A DNA stretch of 64,000 bases from an uncultured Pseudomonadota bacterium (GTDB taxonomy: Bacteria; Babelota; Babeliae; Babelales; JAUPTZ01), in the NCBI GenBank assembly GCA_964429275.1, contig CAYSBJ010000002.1, forward strand, positions 282,459-346,458, in the 5' to 3' direction. Positions 61,601-64,000 of this stretch are shown piece after piece; position 1 is the first letter of the stretch, and the number at the start of each line of letters is the position of its first letter. Below the pieces are notes generated by a model, which worked only from the letters and a program-made list of their open reading frames with translations, did no database searches and was not told where the DNA came from. The translations under genes and the position numbers were made by a program.

Positions 61601-64000
61601 CTCAAAACATTGCCCTTGGCTTATGTGATAATCCCAGCGTAAAATTTTCCCGCTACCTTGCCGTATTTGGGGCAGAAGGAAATACAACCACAACTATGGC
61701 AACCGGCGCTGCTGATGGAAAAACATATAATTACCTTGCAATAACGGAAGACGCCTCCGCCTTACTCCCAACAGATAACCAAACAACCTACTATCCCTAT
61801 TGGGCAACATTCAACAATGGCCACTTCGTCATCGGTTCTGGATCAATCCCATCACAAAACATTATTAGCGAAATAAATATCAATCCAGCAACATTATCAG
61901 CATCAGCCATCGTACCATTAACGGCACCACCAGCAGATGTAGCAACCGCGGCTCCGGTGACCACGCCGGCAACACCTACTTCTCCCGCCACCTCGCCAAC
62001 ACCGGCTGTATCCGCAATTACACCACCAGAACCAACCACTTCTCCATCAAGCAGCACAACAAGTAGTCAAGCCTCAGCCCCTGCAGCCGCAACAAGCGGT
62101 GGCGGATCTGGCATGAAGTATTTTTCCTTCAGTAGCTGGGACGATTCAGTAGAAATCAGAGATATTGTCGTACAACCAGCAGTGCCGTGCCCAATAGGAA
62201 CCCTTTATAGCGCAGTAAATCGAAAATTTTCCTGCACTTGGAATGATGCATGGAAATTCAAAACACCGGGCAAAGGAATTATCACATGGGAAGGAAAAGG
62301 CTCCTGCGACATGGGCTTAGCACTGCACACAAATGGAACTTCAACCGACAATTCTTATACCTACCTTTGCACCATCGGCGCACAAAAAAACACTCATACC
62401 ACCCTTTCTGACAGTACAAAAAAAGCACTTGCAGATAACACCGACATAGATTCCACCATAGCCGCTAAAGATAGCTATACTCCATACTGGTTTTCTTACG
62501 ATGACGATGGCTACTGCATGCTCGGTACGGGAAAAGTTCCTGGACAAAACGTGATTCTTGAAACAGCCACACCAAAGCAACCAATCACCCATTTCTGCTT
62601 TACCAATGGCACCGATCACGTCGAATTCAACAAAATTGCAACGCAAGATATCACGACACCACTACGACGTGGAACCCAATACACCGCCGCACCACAAACA
62701 CCCCTCAACTGGAATGAGGCGTGGAAGATAGCAAATGCAAACACATCTCTCATTCTTCTAGCAGCAAAAGCACAAAGCGGCCTAAGTATCGGGCTCAAAG
62801 ATGATAAGGGCACCGTTTATACCGTCACCATCGATGGCGCAACCAGCAGCATTACAGACGCAAAAAACACCCCGCTCTCTACTACTACAGCAGAAAAAAG
62901 TTATATAAATGATCCTTATAATTTCTACGCATACTGGGTACTGTATTCTCGTGCAACCGGCACGCTTTCGTATGGCTGTGGCGAGGTAACGCCCAAGAAC
63001 AGTATTGCGAAAGTCATATTATCTGAAAAACCGACATTTACTTCCTTTGGTATTGGAAACCCAACCAAAGATCCTGTATATTGCAAAAAAATAGCCTCAC
63101 TTGAGCAAGAAGATCCGAGTGTGAAATCAAACTATGGATCAATACTGCTCAATGAGTCATACGCAGCCACAAACACGCAAAAAACACCGGCCTACCTCTG
63201 GCAAGACGCATGGAAATTAGTAACTACAGAGGCCGGCGCCATCACCTACCGAGCACGAACCACAGGATCCATTGCATTCGGCCTAGGCAACTCAAAAGAT
63301 GGTGCGCTCTATGACATCTACATCAATGGCAAAGAAGTCAGCATTCGCAAAGGAAAAACGATTGTTGCGCGAAGCATTGATAAAAAAATAGTTCTTCCAG
63401 ATGCACATAACTTCTATGGCTATTGGATAAGCTACTACAAGGGCCACATTCGGATCGGCAGCGGCACTGATCCGCGAGAAAATACAATGGTCGAATGGGT
63501 TGATAGTAGTCCAGCAGCTAACATTACGCACTTCTCTCCTTCAAGCATTGACGGCTTTGTTAGTTACAAAGCCATAACTTCCCTTCCCGCCGCCGCAACA
63601 CCGATGTATCAAGTGTACAGCGCCTGCCAAGAAAAAACCGCTTTTAATTGGTACGCACCATGGGAGCTCACTAAACCAGAACAAGGACTCATAACCTTTG
63701 AACTAAAGACCGACAGTGAAGCAGTAATTGGTCTCACCGGGACAAAATCGGACCCTACGTATACTATACGCCTTGGTAAAAACTGCGTAGTCACTAAAGG
63801 CGGCGCAACGCTCGCTACCAGCGCACAAAAAACACCAGTCGTAACCGGCAATACATTTCAACCATTCTGGATTCTTTTTGATAAAAGTTACCTTGCCATC
63901 GGTACAGGTCTAACGCAAAACAACGAATCCCTAATTATTGATTACCAAGACGTGCCAACAGTCGACATCATACAACGATTCTCATTAAGCAGCAGCAGCG
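58627..64000 (+). CDS. giant secreted repeat protein 2, runs off the right window edge (at least 1791 codons)
   Basis: Absent from the ORF track because there is no stop in the window. I checked all in-frame triplets from 58627 to 64000 and found no stop. ATG at 58627 is the first start after in-frame stops at 58585 and 58594, and lies 4 nt after the upstream stop. Signal-peptide-like MYIITGYFACLLASLIINPLVAA. Confidence 0.85.
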   Translation, partial: MYIITGYFACLLASLIINPLVAATNISSITSTVRPEGSVPKAAPLPPTDPTPITIITANAPTDTTPPPQKAPIPATDVDAIDPDQDDSTPPAGETADMVVADDTKSEEKSVSLLATASADNAAGLDVVDPNDAIVAATPLAIPAPDTSTAFITPEASAAAIAAGKKNKAAIIAAEEKKEADKTTSVSKANDLFAYNLTGMKEAGVDISKNGFGMTARFDLGWGAYMRATFAVNTDGLLLQAYIKEINLANILKVTGTGPDGKYGTPDDGVLVEIRLDKKIQRVALSGLIDLFGAMSETEIIIASDKIKFMAYTNLFGMFSTTLLAQFTFSDFEFFIEGAVETRLIAEIEKRAKEAITKVGDAVVAVSKKAAQSVQKARKNLEYLKKVVRAANAKLRKAQATYFSKLNAPQKDINDAVKAVEAADREVGSQVGKILEARRKMLAGRKAIAGAITKVNSLNGQVSRAIKKLKSIARGMKWYEFWKVAELAYWSAAVAALETARGIAIGALEIAKASITPLAGLLTATYAVSYAASKAALEIAYLNLEAALIAANPLTMKELGEVLAASLEISGASMAYYAAQGVLITTWAAFKGIEEVTKGITIAMREVVSAAFEIFRIDGAAFKASVKNVVQGSLDLYLLVYIFTVKKNLKLTLDMSKPDKTFASIGNMIADIFNPLSHGSSDDIFAKVQQDRKNFMAGITAAGPSLQDRIQQNRASFAGDLTSLDEKSKAAAIEQEKVKKQQEAREAALKKIQDDNAQRLATMRQKYPFTESDIKNMGSLDFLSSTESATIVDEKNPVSCSTARMQGLFRWFEAWKLPTPNSGCVLFDVSGDRDIYIGFHHEIDEKKQKRNKDFDIVLGAKENTVNIIRDAESSVIFSCGDPDSLIITTKEGGFQRYWISFDNGYLAIGRGGNPGKEMLFDWQFSDLSDPIKYFSLSSGSNELSFVNIHTAPAFKGTFGSQYSTFGAYNQFNWPLKLSAENNSTITFKAKAAQNIALGLCDNPSVKFSRYLAVFGAEGNTTTTMATGAADGKTYNYLAITEDASALLPTDNQTTYYPYWATFNNGHFVIGSGSIPSQNIISEININPATLSASAIVPLTAPPADVATAAPVTTPATPTSPATSPTPAVSAITPPEPTTSPSSSTTSSQASAPAAATSGGGSGMKYFSFSSWDDSVEIRDIVVQPAVPCPIGTLYSAVNRKFSCTWNDAWKFKTPGKGIITWEGKGSCDMGLALHTNGTSTDNSYTYLCTIGAQKNTHTTLSDSTKKALADNTDIDSTIAAKDSYTPYWFSYDDDGYCMLGTGKVPGQNVILETATPKQPITHFCFTNGTDHVEFNKIATQDITTPLRRGTQYTAAPQTPLNWNEAWKIANANTSLILLAAKAQSGLSIGLKDDKGTVYTVTIDGATSSITDAKNTPLSTTTAEKSYINDPYNFYAYWVLYSRATGTLSYGCGEVTPKNSIAKVILSEKPTFTSFGIGNPTKDPVYCKKIASLEQEDPSVKSNYGSILLNESYAATNTQKTPAYLWQDAWKLVTTEAGAITYRARTTGSIAFGLGNSKDGALYDIYINGKEVSIRKGKTIVARSIDKKIVLPDAHNFYGYWISYYKGHIRIGSGTDPRENTMVEWVDSSPAANITHFSPSSIDGFVSYKAITSLPAAATPMYQVYSACQEKTAFNWYAPWELTKPEQGLITFELKTDSEAVIGLTGTKSDPTYTIRLGKNCVVTKGGATLATSAQKTPVVTGNTFQPFWILFDKSYLAIGTGLTQNNESLIIDYQDVPTVDIIQRFSLSSSS
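61015..64000 (+). repeat. at least 6 tandem ~150-165-aa protein repeats (FAMeT / Methyltransf_FA-like) within the giant ORF
   Basis: Recurrent landmarks: F/L-x-W-x-x-x-W-(K/E) at 61057, 61543, 62239, 62710, 63199 and 63649. (Y/F)W-x-x-(F/Y)-x-x-G-x-(L/I/F)-x-(I/L)G-x-G at 61315, 61798, 62485, 62932, 63421 and 63865. (F)S-(L/F/P)-SS near each unit end. Confidence 0.8.

Noticed and set aside
1-64000. CRISPR arrays, rRNA, prophage, integrase or transposase genes
   Set aside because: I saw no regularly spaced short direct repeats, no rRNA-like conserved blocks, and no DDE, tyrosine-recombinase or serine-recombinase motifs in any long ORF. The accessory gene arrays therefore cannot be tied to a recognisable mobile element from this window.

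Overview
Bacterial window, densely coding, roughly 45-48% GC by eye. I call about 50 protein genes and 2 tRNAs. I recognised no rRNA, CRISPR array, transposase or integrase.

A housekeeping backbone is present: tgt, two yhhQ-like genes, sbcC-like, maf, dprA, gyrA, pgpA, pgsA, yicC, yebC, an SSS symporter, ruvB, tRNA-Leu, tRNA-Lys and trigger-factor-like genes.

Interleaved with the backbone are many lineage-specific, mostly tandemly duplicated genes for signal-peptide or membrane-hairpin proteins. Several carry eukaryote-like features: LRR, ankyrin repeats, a cPLA2-type phospholipase, OTU-like cysteine protease motifs, a C-terminal CaaX box and S/T-P-rich repeats. This suggests a host-associated, probably intracellular, bacterium. 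I cannot assign a taxon from sequence alone.

Two long ORFs cut by the window edges are missing from the supplied track, and I verified both codon by codon: 1..1746 (minus) and 58627..64000 (plus, at least 1791 codons).

Most interesting candidates:
1. A four-gene, translationally coupled array of membrane-anchored OTU-like proteases (41708..46858).
2. Two divergent trigger-factor paralogues directly upstream of two giant secreted proteins. The second giant protein carries at least 6 tandem FAMeT-like repeats (52498..64000).
3. An operon made only of COG2984/PF04392-type binding-protein paralogues with no transporter genes. Two copies are disrupted, and a long leader ends in a terminator-like hairpin (7218..12827).
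4. A three-gene family sharing a C-terminal two-helix membrane module (17641..24605).

All domain calls come from motif recognition by eye and need profile or structure searches.
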